Positions 25,738-34,572 of a DNA stretch of 64,000 nt are shown piece by piece (positions within the stretch are counted from its first letter, which is position 1; every line of letters starts with the position of its first letter). The position numbers and the translations under genes are program-made. This DNA comes from Bacteroidaceae bacterium (GTDB taxonomy: Bacteria; Bacteroidota; Bacteroidia; Bacteroidales; Barnesiellaceae_A): assembly GCA_017410245.1 (NCBI GenBank), contig JAFQRE010000042.1:136536-200535 (forward strand), read 5' to 3'. The notes below the pieces were generated by a model. That model saw only the letters and a program-made list of their open reading frames with translations. It had not been told where the DNA came from and did not search any database.

Positions 25738-27624
25738 TTATCCCTCAATCTCGCTCAGTTCGAGCCAACGCATGCCTTTATCATCTATTTCGGCAATGAG
25801 TTCTTCTATACGGCGCGAGTGGGCTATGAGTTGGTCGGTAGTGAGAGTTCCACTACACATCTCCTCTTCGAGGCGTGATTTCTCAGCTTCGAGTTGAGGT
25901 ATCAGAGCATCAAGTTCTTCGAGCTCCTTACGCTCCTTGAATGTGAGTCGCTTGCGCTCCGAGGATTGCTCTCGCTTGGGAGTAGGGGTGGACACAGCTT
26001 GCTTACGTCGCACTTCTTCGGCTTCTTTGCGTTCTTCTTGCAGGCGTGCATCGCGCCATATACGGTAGTCGGTGTAGTTGCCGGGAAAGTCCTTTATGCG
26101 TGCATTGCCTTGAAAAACAAGTAGATGGTCTACAACCTTGTCCATGAAATAACGGTCGTGCGACACGACAATAACACACCCCTTGAAGTTGCGCAGATAC
26201 TCCTCCAATACACTCAGTGTAGTGATGTCGAGATCGTTGGTAGGCTCATCAAGAACCAGAAAGTTTGGGTTTCGCATGAGTACGGTACAGAGATGCAGAC
26301 GGCGTTTCTCACCACCACTCAACTTATATATATAGTTGTGTTGTTTCTCAGGAGTAAACAGGAAGTGTTGTAAAAATTGGCTTGCCGATAGGCGACGTCC
26401 ATCGCCCAGCGAAATCTCCTCAGCAATCTCTCTTACAGCATCAATAACCTTCATGCCTTCCTTAAATTGCAATCCATCTTGGCTGTAGTATCCAAATCGC
26501 ACCGTCTCTCCTATATCGAAGCGTCCGCTATCGGGTGTCACTTCGCCCAAGAGCATCTTCACGAAAGTAGATTTGCCTGTGCCATTTTGTCCTATGATGC
26601 CCATCTTCTCGTATCGGGCAAAGTTGTAGTAGAAGTTGTCGAGTATCTTTATGTCATCAAAAGATTTGCTCACATATTGAGCCTCAAAAATTTTTGAACC
26701 TATATAGGTCGATTTTACATCGAGTTTCACAGGCCCCTCGTCTATGCGACGGCGAGCTTTAGCCTCCAAGTCGTAGAAGGCATCAACACGGGCTTTGGCT
26801 TTTGTGCCCCGAGCTTGGGGTTGGCGGCGCATCCAGTCGAGTTCGGTGCGCAATAGATTGCGTGCGCGTGCTGTCTCGGCATTTTGCACATCGAGTCGCT
26901 CTTGACGCTTCTCCAAGTAGTAGCTGAAATTGCCACTATAGCTATATATCGTTTGGTTGTCAATCTCTACTATCTCGTTGCACACGCGGTCGAGGAAGTA
27001 TCGGTCGTGAGTGACCATAAGCAACGTTCTATTACCTTTGTTCAAGTAGTCCTCAAGCCATTCGGTCATCTCTATGTCAAGGTGGTTGGTAGGCTCGTCG
27101 AGTATAAGTAGGTTGGGCTCGGTAATGAGTACGTTGGCCAGTGCAAGTCGTTTTATTTGACCACCCGATAGCTCGCCCACAGGTTGGTCAAAGCGAGTGA
27201 TATTGAGTTTCGACAAAATCTGTTTGGCACGTTGCTCATAGTCCCAAGCCTTGAGGCGATCCATCTGTTCGAGAGCATTCTCCAAGCGGGCGTTGTCGCC
27301 ACTCATCAAGGCTTGTTCATACTCAGCAATAACTTGCACCGTCTCGTTGGGTGAAAAGAAACAAGCCTGCAGTACAGTGAGCTCGGGAGGGTAGGAAGGA
27401 GCTTGCTCCAAGTAACCCACGCGTATTCCGTTGCGCAGTGTTACCGAGCCGCTATCATAGTCCTCCTTGCCGGCTATAATGTTGAGCAGAGTGGTTTTAC
27501 CGGCACCATTTTGCGCCACAATACCTATGCGGTCGCCCTCTCCAATACCCAGCGAAATATCGCCAAACAACAATCGGTCGCCAAACGATTTGGTCAGTTT
27601 CTCTATCTGAAGGTAGCTTATCAT
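25738..27624 (-). CDS. ABC-F family ATPase (Uup/YbiT-like)
   Basis: Start taken at the ATG at 27624 (MISYLQIEKLTKSFG). Two ABC cassettes: GQNGAGKTT/LSGGQIKR and GQNGTGKST/LSGGEKRR. No TM domain; charged coiled-coil C-terminus. Confidence 0.9.
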   Translation of the reverse strand: MISYLQIEKLTKSFGDRLLFGDISLGIGEGDRIGIVAQNGAGKTTLLNIIAGKEDYDSGSVTLRNGIRVGYLEQAPSYPPELTVLQACFFSPNETVQVIAEYEQALMSGDNARLENALEQMDRLKAWDYEQRAKQILSKLNITRFDQPVGELSGGQIKRLALANVLITEPNLLILDEPTNHLDIEMTEWLEDYLNKGNRTLLMVTHDRYFLDRVCNEIVEIDNQTIYSYSGNFSYYLEKRQERLDVQNAETARARNLLRTELDWMRRQPQARGTKAKARVDAFYDLEAKARRRIDEGPVKLDVKSTYIGSKIFEAQYVSKSFDDIKILDNFYYNFARYEKMGIIGQNGTGKSTFVKMLLGEVTPDSGRFDIGETVRFGYYSQDGLQFKEGMKVIDAVREIAEEISLGDGRRLSASQFLQHFLFTPEKQHNYIYKLSGGEKRRLHLCTVLMRNPNFLVLDEPTNDLDITTLSVLEEYLRNFKGCVIVVSHDRYFMDKVVDHLLVFQGNARIKDFPGNYTDYRIWRDARLQEERKEAEEVRRKQAVSTPTPKREQSSERKRLTFKERKELEELDALIPQLEAEKSRLEEEMCSGTLTTDQLIAHSRRIEELIAEIDDKGMRWLELSEIEG

Positions 27625-27879
27625 TGCTCTATTCTTTAATAGCGCAAATTTACAATACAATACCCACAATGCCAAATATTTTTTATATCCATCTCCTGCT
27701 TCAGGGCTGTTGTAACGTTAATATATAGGACATAGTAACTGACATTTGTGTAGTGTGTGAAGTATTTGCTTATAATTTGAAATCGCGTTGTAAGTGCCTG
27801 TAGCGAGGTTTTGTGAAATAAATGATAATATCACACAAAATAATGTTAAGATTTTGTATGAAGTAAAAATAATTTGTTG

Positions 27880-27887
27880 TACCTTTG
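27880..27887 (+). promoter_or_regulatory. -7 promoter box TACCTTTG with no downstream ORF
   Basis: Exact TAnnTTTG match inside the 615-nt intergenic region. Confidence 0.35.
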
Positions 27888-27892
27888 TACAA

Positions 27893-28091
27893 CTTTAAAA
27901 ACACATAATATTAATAAAACCAATCTAAGTTACCTATAATCTACTATTGAATTACACATTCGCTTGTATTGAATATGTAGTTGTTATAATAGTGATACAA
28001 GCGTAAATAGAAAGTCTTGTGAGAGACAGAGTGTATGTAAATGTGATTGTATATCAGCAGACATGCGTTGAGCATCTCTGCTGTTTTTTTT
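27893..28091 (+). ncRNA. candidate small RNA (~200 nt) between an orphan promoter box and a strong terminator
   Basis: No ORF longer than 3 codons starts at any ATG in this span. There is an internal 9-bp hairpin (CGCTTGTAT 27961-27969 / ATACAAGCG 27995-28003). The span ends at the terminator 28055-28091. The 5' end is a guess. Confidence 0.3.
28055..28091 (+). terminator. strong plus-strand intrinsic terminator without an upstream plus-strand CDS
   Basis: CAGCAGA-C-ATGC / GCAT-C-TCTGCTG forms a 7+4 bp stem with a 5-nt loop, followed by T8 (28084-28091). Confidence 0.7.
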
Positions 28092-28239
28092 GATATATAG
28101 GAGTACCAAAATTATCTATATCGATAGACGATGGTGAGCAAAATATTTGTAATTTTGCTGTTTAATATTTAAGTTGATAACACCTGCACACACATATATA
28201 TTTTTAACTTCTTGTATGGCAGGACGAAAATAGAGAAAG

Positions 28240-29022
28240 ATGGAAAATATAAATCTTAATGGCGCTGAAATAACCTTTGAGCGCGACAAATATATAGAGT
28301 TTGATGAAGCACTGCACCAATACTCTGTTGAGGGGCATGGTGAAATGCGTCCTGTAAGTTCAATCGTTGCTAAGTTTTTCAGAGAATTTGATGCACAATA
28401 TTGGAGCATGCGTAAGTGTAATGGTGATACTGTGGAGGCTGCCAGATTGCGCGAAGAGTGGGACTCTAAAGGTTGTATTGCAAGTCAGGTGGGAACATAT
28501 CTGCACAAGCAGATAGAGGATTTCTTGAATGGTAAACGTGATATTGACACCATGTGCGATGTGTGTTACAATGGTTGCTACAAGCAGGTGTGCACTCAGG
28601 TGGATATTACTCGCGAGTGGACTTTCTTCAAAGCATTTCATAGTGTAGTGGGATATACACCCTTCCGCACCGAGTGGCGTGTGTATGATACCGATGCCCG
28701 TATGGCGGGCACCATAGACCTTGTGTGCGCCTGTAGCGATGGTACCTACGAGATATACGATTGGAAGCGTAGCAACAAAGTCAATCCCGATGAAACTAAT
28801 CGTTGGTCGAGTGGAATAAATGGTCTCGAACACCTTACCGACACCTCATATAGTCACTATTGTTTGCAACAAAACCTATATCGCTATATGCTCGAGCGCA
28901 ACTATGGCATACGCATAAGCCGAATGAACTTGGTAGTTTTGCACCCCGATTATTCTTCTTATCGCATTGTGCCCGTGCCCCGTATGGATAGGGAAGTGGC
29001 CATTATACTATCAAAGATATAA
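28240..29022 (+). CDS. PD-(D/E)xK nuclease, RecB/Cas4-like fold (no Fe-S Cys cluster seen)
   Basis: 260 aa. Contains GTIDLVCA...YEIYDWKRS (D...D/E-x-K) and a downstream YCLQQNLYRYML (QxxxY) motif. Confidence 0.6.
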   Translation: MENINLNGAEITFERDKYIEFDEALHQYSVEGHGEMRPVSSIVAKFFREFDAQYWSMRKCNGDTVEAARLREEWDSKGCIASQVGTYLHKQIEDFLNGKRDIDTMCDVCYNGCYKQVCTQVDITREWTFFKAFHSVVGYTPFRTEWRVYDTDARMAGTIDLVCACSDGTYEIYDWKRSNKVNPDETNRWSSGINGLEHLTDTSYSHYCLQQNLYRYMLERNYGIRISRMNLVVLHPDYSSYRIVPVPRMDREVAIILSKI

Positions 29023-29053
29023 GTAATATTCTTTTCGGTTCTTAGTAATATTG

Positions 29054-29086
29054 GGCAGTAGAGGAGTAGCTCTGCTGTCCTTTTTT
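29054..29086 (+). terminator. probable terminator of the nuclease gene
   Basis: Imperfect stem GGCAGTAGAG / CTCTGCTGTCC followed by T6 (29081-29086). Confidence 0.5.
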
Positions 29087-29269
29087 GTGTCCGGCAATGA
29101 GCCGTTTAAACGTTTTGGTGTAATTGTTGTTGGTATTATATTACATTATAATATTGTATGCTGTTTTTGTTAATTAATCAAAAAAACAAACTTAAAACAT
29201 TGTAGGGTATTAGATGTTTTATATATTTGTAATCATTCTAAAATTATAAAAATAAAAAACATATATATT

Positions 29270-30040
29270 ATGAAAAATTATTTCGATCTTAAAGGACAAG
29301 TAGCTGTCGTAACCGGTGCATCGGCCGGTCTTGGGCTGCAAATGGCAAAGGCTTTTGCCAATCAAGGTGCTAACCTCGTTTTGTTGGCTCGTCGGCAAAA
29401 TCTCTTGGAGGAGAATGCCCGAGCTATCTCGCAAGAGTATGGTGTAGAGGTGTTGCCTATCGTGTGCGACATAACCATAACCGAACAGGTGCAGAATGCT
29501 GTAAAAAAGACAATGGAGCATTTTGGTCGCGTAGATATTCTCTTAAATAATGCCGGTACGGGTGCTGTAGGACCTGCTGAGGAGATTACCGACGAGCAAC
29601 TAAAGCATGAAATAGATATAGACCTTTTCGGAACATACATCTGTGCTCGTGAATTTGGCAAGGAGATGATAAATGCCCAATATGGTCGCATCATCAACAT
29701 AGCCTCTATCTACGGACTTGTAGGCAATATGATAATAGGTAGTGCGCCTTATCATGCAGCCAAAGGTGGTGTTGTCAATCTTACCCGTGCCTTGGCGGCC
29801 GAGTGGGGTAAGTATGGCATTACGGTCAATAGCATTTGCCCGGGATTTTTCTATACCGAACTTACTACCGCTACGCTCGATAGCGACTTCTTCCAAGATG
29901 TAGCTAAGCGAAGTATACCATTGGGTCGCTACGGAAAGTCGGGCGAACTCGACACCTGTGCACTCTTCCTTGCATCGCCCAATAGTACCTATGTAAACGG
30001 ACAGAACATAGCCATCGACGGCGGCTACACAGCTGTGTGA
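29270..30040 (+). CDS. SDR-family oxidoreductase (FabG / gluconate 5-dehydrogenase-like)
   Basis: 256 aa with VTGASAGLG (TGxxxGxG), NNAG and YHAAK (YxxxK). Confidence 0.9.
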   Translation: MKNYFDLKGQVAVVTGASAGLGLQMAKAFANQGANLVLLARRQNLLEENARAISQEYGVEVLPIVCDITITEQVQNAVKKTMEHFGRVDILLNNAGTGAVGPAEEITDEQLKHEIDIDLFGTYICAREFGKEMINAQYGRIINIASIYGLVGNMIIGSAPYHAAKGGVVNLTRALAAEWGKYGITVNSICPGFFYTELTTATLDSDFFQDVAKRSIPLGRYGKSGELDTCALFLASPNSTYVNGQNIAIDGGYTAV

Positions 30041-30172
30041 CAGTATTGAGAAGATAGCCAATGTGCCATATTGACATTATACAGCGTTGTTGTCGATGTT
30101 CAGATACGCTCAATGCTCTTTGCATATCTCTATCTTCTTAAATTTTAGCCATCTATGTGATTTATATCATTA

Positions 30173-30214
30173 CACCCCTAATGAGACTATATAGACATAA
30201 TTTCATTAGGGGTG
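30173..30214. terminator. hairpin between convergent SDR and regulator genes
   Basis: CACCCCTAATGA / TCATTAGGGGTG, a 12-bp stem with an 18-nt loop. Confidence 0.45.
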
Positions 30215-30260
30215 TTCCAAATAACTTTTACCTATAAGTATGTTTCTGAGATTATTATAA

Positions 30261-31796
30261 CTATATACTCAAATATGTTGCTATATCCTCAGCTTCGGGC
30301 ATTTGAAGTGTCTGGCGAATAGTACTCTTGCGCTGATACACAGTGCGAACGGATTGTTGTGTTACAACACTTATCTCTTTAGTGGAGAAGTTCGCCTTAA
30401 GAAGACAACACAACTGAATCTCCTTCTCATTTAGCGTTGTGCCAAATCTCTTAATTAACGAAGTATAGAAACCGTCATAGATATAATCGATGGTCTGATA
30501 GAGGTCGTTCCAGTTCAATAAAGAGTCCACTTCTACCTCTTGGTTAGAAATCTCTCTCATTCGTTTCAGCAATGCCAGATTTGCAGACGTAGGATTAGAG
30601 GTTGCTAATCTTATGACGCCCAACTGTTGTAACAATATCTTCTTGAAAAAACGATCATCTTTGTTATCATCTGCTACATTTGAGGATTCTGATATGAGCT
30701 TGCGAAGCGTATCTATCTCTTCCTCTTTCTCTACAAGTTTACTCTTTCTATTACGCAGATATAACAATAGCCCTATTATAGAGAGGAGCATAACAAATGT
30801 CAACACCAAAAACAGCATCTGCTCCTTCTGTTGTTGTATTGTTATCTGCATGTTCTTCTCTTCAAGCCTCCAGTTGGCCTCGCGTTTGGCGTCGGTAATC
30901 TTCTGGGCAATCATAGCCTTATCGCCAAGACCATTGACAAAAAGCCCCCATTCCTTAACATCTATATCCGAACTCTCGGCATAATCCAATATCATTTTAA
31001 CTATATGCAAATAACCGGCTCTTGACAGGTCATTGTCAAATGTTTCATTCTTGGTTGCCTGTGCTAATTCAATATAGTGGCGAGCTGTCGATAGGTCGTT
31101 GAGTTGCAAGTGATACCACGCCAATGATGCATACGACAATGCCTCCTCTGTCGCATTATTTCCTCTATCGTGTTCAAGAACCCTTTTACGAATCTCTATA
31201 GCTCGTCTTTGATTGCCTGCAGAACTGAGAATGTCGGCATATGCCGGCAGTGCAAGTTTCCACATCAGTGTAGAATCTTCGGCTGTCATGACATGAGAAA
31301 AAGCCTCTTCATAAATAGCTATTGCCCCATCTGTGTCATCATTATAAAATTTTACAACAGCTATTTCGTGTAACTCTTTGAATGATGATGGTGTCGCTTT
31401 TGCTTTTGTTCGTTTTATAAGGTGTTCTTCCATTTTCTTGTAATCGCTATCCAAAACAAGAAAGTTTAGCAATGTATATCGGCACTCATTATCATTGGGA
31501 TACTCTTCAAGATAGCGTTCCAAAATATCGTATGCCTTAGCCTTTTCTCCCGCCCACCAGTAGTGGCTGGCTACAAGTTTTGTTGCCTTCATTATCATAG
31601 TGGTATCGGTAGGCTCTTGTGCTTTATAGAACTCCAATGCCTCCGCAACCCCAACATCTTCACTCAGCGAGGCTCCCTCCATTTCGTGTTGCATTGCCAA
31701 CCTTATACTCTCATCTGCCTTTTGTTTATGGTTGTTATGTGATGAGCAAGAGACTGCCAATGAACATAGACCGAGTATAAAAATTTTTATCATCAT
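30261..31796 (-). CDS. TPR-repeat, single-TM, LuxR/GerE-type HTH transcriptional regulator
   Basis: Start placed at MMIKIFILGLCSLAVSC (lipoprotein-like signal). It has a TPR-like helical ectodomain, a TM segment (MLFLVLTFVMLLSIIGLLLYL) and a C-terminal HTH (EKEIQLCCLLKANFSTKEISVVTQQSVRTVYQRKSTIRQ). Confidence 0.7.
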   Translation of the reverse strand: MMIKIFILGLCSLAVSCSSHNNHKQKADESIRLAMQHEMEGASLSEDVGVAEALEFYKAQEPTDTTMIMKATKLVASHYWWAGEKAKAYDILERYLEEYPNDNECRYTLLNFLVLDSDYKKMEEHLIKRTKAKATPSSFKELHEIAVVKFYNDDTDGAIAIYEEAFSHVMTAEDSTLMWKLALPAYADILSSAGNQRRAIEIRKRVLEHDRGNNATEEALSYASLAWYHLQLNDLSTARHYIELAQATKNETFDNDLSRAGYLHIVKMILDYAESSDIDVKEWGLFVNGLGDKAMIAQKITDAKREANWRLEEKNMQITIQQQKEQMLFLVLTFVMLLSIIGLLLYLRNRKSKLVEKEEEIDTLRKLISESSNVADDNKDDRFFKKILLQQLGVIRLATSNPTSANLALLKRMREISNQEVEVDSLLNWNDLYQTIDYIYDGFYTSLIKRFGTTLNEKEIQLCCLLKANFSTKEISVVTQQSVRTVYQRKSTIRQTLQMPEAEDIATYLSI

Positions 31797-32048
31797 ATCC
31801 ATCTCAATGCAATAGTATGTATTCATATGCAAAATTACACCTTTTTTCGATTTATCCCATTCGATATAATGCAATCTAAAGCGCAGAATACCACAATATA
31901 AACTTTTCTTATTTCGACTGTTTGTAATTTGCAGATATTCAGTCTTTTATAAAATGAGCTGCACTCCATAAAGTCCGCGGTATAAATCAGTGATAAATAC
32001 CTTTTGAGGTACTTTTGCAGTAGAAAATAACATTTAAAAGCAACACTT

Positions 32049-34358
32049 ATGAAAAAGACTTTATTACTTATGGGGCTTGTTTTAGGACAGCTCTCGGCTT
32101 ATGCAGATCTCACAGTTAGAGGGAGAATTGTAGATGATGCAGAAGGAGTGCCACTCATTGGGGCTACTGCTACTATGTATGATGACAAAGACAATATTGT
32201 AACGGGCACAGCAACAGATGTCGAAGGTCGTTTCACTCTCAAAAATGTTAAAAATGAAAGTTGTGTGATGCTGTTTCAGTATCTTGGCTACAATGCCGAG
32301 CGAATAGAGATTACCAATCTTGACAGAGATGTGGATATGGGAGATATAAGACTGACTGTTTCTGCTGTATCATTAGATGAGGTCGTAGTAAGTGGTGATG
32401 CAGTAATTAAAAAGTCGGACAGACAGATGATACTACCCACTCAAGAGCAAAAGCGAGCAGCCACTAATGGCATTAACCTATTGCAGCAAATGCCAATATC
32501 TCGTATCTCAGTAAGTCCAATGGATAAGACTATTAAGACAACACTGGGTGAAGATGTGCAGTTGCGAATAAATGGTGTTGAAGCCACTAAAGAAGAGGTA
32601 AGCGCCATTCGCCCAACAGATGTAATACGAGTGGAATATCATGACAATCCGGGTCTAAGATACGGAGGTGCTGCTGCTGTGCTTGATTATATAGTAAGGA
32701 AGAAAGAAAATGGTGGAAACATTGCAGGAGATTTTACAAATGGAATATCGCATCTTGGGTATGGCGAGTACAATCTTTCTGCAAAGTACAATAGGAAGAA
32801 GTCTGCCATAAGTGCAGTAGCTTCGTGGCAACGACGTGACTTGGAATGGATAAGAGAGAATTATGAGGATTTTGTATATCCCGACTATACAGTTCATAAC
32901 ATAGAACTTGGAGAACCGACAAAGGTAAAGTTTGACTATTTGAACTTCGCCCTCAACTATAATAGAACTGATGAGCGCAGTGTTTTTAATATTGCACTGA
33001 GGAATAGTTATGATGATAAGCCCAATGCTGTAACAGATAGAAATAGCACCCTATATCAAGGAGATAAGATGTATAGTATTTCGGATAAACTACAACAACG
33101 TTCCTATATCCCATCGTTGGACATCTACTATCAGTTGAATTTGAAAAACGAACAACATCTATATTTCGATGTAGTAGGAACATATATCCATAGTAGCAGT
33201 AATAGACAGTATTCAATGATAGAAATCGGTACTGAGGCTAATACACCGGCAATTATCTCACAAACCAAGGGAAATAAGTATTCAATCATCGGTGAAGCTA
33301 TATATGAAAGACCTCTTGGCAAGGGTAAAATGACTGCCGGTATTAAACATACACAGGCTTATATGAATAATCTATATGATGGAAATATTAGCAGTAAAGT
33401 AAGTATGAATATTGCTGAGAGTTATCTCTTTGCAGAATATAATCAGACAATAAACAGATTTACATACACGCTTGGCATAGGAGGTATGAGGACATGGCAT
33501 CAACAGGGAGAACTTTCACAAGAGAAATATATCTTAAGGCCAACTATTACGCTCTCATACAATGCCCCAAAGAATTTCTATTTCAGATACAATGCCTATA
33601 TGTCCGGCTACTCACCATCGCTTTCGGATCTTAGCAATGTTGCTCAAGAGATAGACATCTATCAGATACGCCGGGGTAATCCTTATCTACAGAGTGTTAC
33701 CTTTGTGTCAAATAGCCTTACAGCGAGTTGGAAATGTAAGTTTGTAAGTATTGAGTTGTTCGGGCGATATAGTTATGACCATAAGCCTATTATGGAGGAG
33801 ACTCTATTTGAGGATAATAAATTTGTAAGAACAATGGCTAATCAGAAGGGGTTCCATAGGATTAATATTCAATCGACAATACAGATATATCCTTGGAAAG
33901 AACATATTATGATTAAGTTGAATCCTTATTTCAATAGATATATCAGCCAAGGAAACAATTATACACATACTCACTCTAACTTTGGGTTTAGAGGTAGCAT
34001 TGTCGGAATGTACAAGAACTGGGTTATAATGGCCGAGATGAGCACCAGCCGGCACGATCTTTGGGGTGAGACACTTAGCCGAGGTGAAGCACTGCACTCT
34101 ATTGCAGCCGGTTATAATCACGACAAGTTCAGCATACAAGGTATGATACTGAATCCATTTACAAAGCTATACGAACAAGGTGTGGAAAACCTTTCAGTAC
34201 TGGCGCCAAATAAGCAGTTGGCATATTCTACACAGCTGAGCCGGATAGTAATGCTTAATTTTTCATTTAACCTCGACTTCGGTAAGCAGAACCGTAATGG
34301 TGGAAAGAGGATAAATAATAGCGATAATGATTCAGGTATTCTGTCAGGAACGAAATAA
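32049..34358 (+). CDS. outer-membrane beta-barrel protein with N-terminal CarboxypepD_reg-like domain (TonB-dependent-receptor-like)
   Basis: 769 aa. It has a signal peptide. The segment RGRIVDDAEGVPLIGATATMY...TDVEGRFTL looks like a carboxypeptidase-regulatory-like fold. The rest is a long alternating beta-strand region. Confidence 0.7.
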   Translation: MKKTLLLMGLVLGQLSAYADLTVRGRIVDDAEGVPLIGATATMYDDKDNIVTGTATDVEGRFTLKNVKNESCVMLFQYLGYNAERIEITNLDRDVDMGDIRLTVSAVSLDEVVVSGDAVIKKSDRQMILPTQEQKRAATNGINLLQQMPISRISVSPMDKTIKTTLGEDVQLRINGVEATKEEVSAIRPTDVIRVEYHDNPGLRYGGAAAVLDYIVRKKENGGNIAGDFTNGISHLGYGEYNLSAKYNRKKSAISAVASWQRRDLEWIRENYEDFVYPDYTVHNIELGEPTKVKFDYLNFALNYNRTDERSVFNIALRNSYDDKPNAVTDRNSTLYQGDKMYSISDKLQQRSYIPSLDIYYQLNLKNEQHLYFDVVGTYIHSSSNRQYSMIEIGTEANTPAIISQTKGNKYSIIGEAIYERPLGKGKMTAGIKHTQAYMNNLYDGNISSKVSMNIAESYLFAEYNQTINRFTYTLGIGGMRTWHQQGELSQEKYILRPTITLSYNAPKNFYFRYNAYMSGYSPSLSDLSNVAQEIDIYQIRRGNPYLQSVTFVSNSLTASWKCKFVSIELFGRYSYDHKPIMEETLFEDNKFVRTMANQKGFHRINIQSTIQIYPWKEHIMIKLNPYFNRYISQGNNYTHTHSNFGFRGSIVGMYKNWVIMAEMSTSRHDLWGETLSRGEALHSIAAGYNHDKFSIQGMILNPFTKLYEQGVENLSVLAPNKQLAYSTQLSRIVMLNFSFNLDFGKQNRNGGKRINNSDNDSGILSGTK

Positions 34359-34514
34359 TCTGTTGTATATTTTCCTAAAGATAAGAAGGAAAATCCTTGC
34401 AAGACGAGTGTGATGATTTTAGACAAGGAATTACCCTTAAAGGCTGGTTGCTGTTGAGCGGTGTTGCATAATATTCGTGCTCTTTATATTATTATCAATT
34501 CTTGTAAAGACAAA

Positions 34515-34550
34515 AGAGACTGTACCGAACTATCATGCGGTACAGTCTCT
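34515..34550 (-). terminator. intrinsic terminator downstream of dnaK (shared with the convergent gene)
   Basis: AGAGACTGTACCG / CGGTACAGTCTCT, a 13-bp stem with a 10-nt loop. On the minus strand it is followed by CTTTTGTCTTT. Confidence 0.7.
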
Positions 34551-34572
34551 GTATTATAGTGCAATATGTTTA

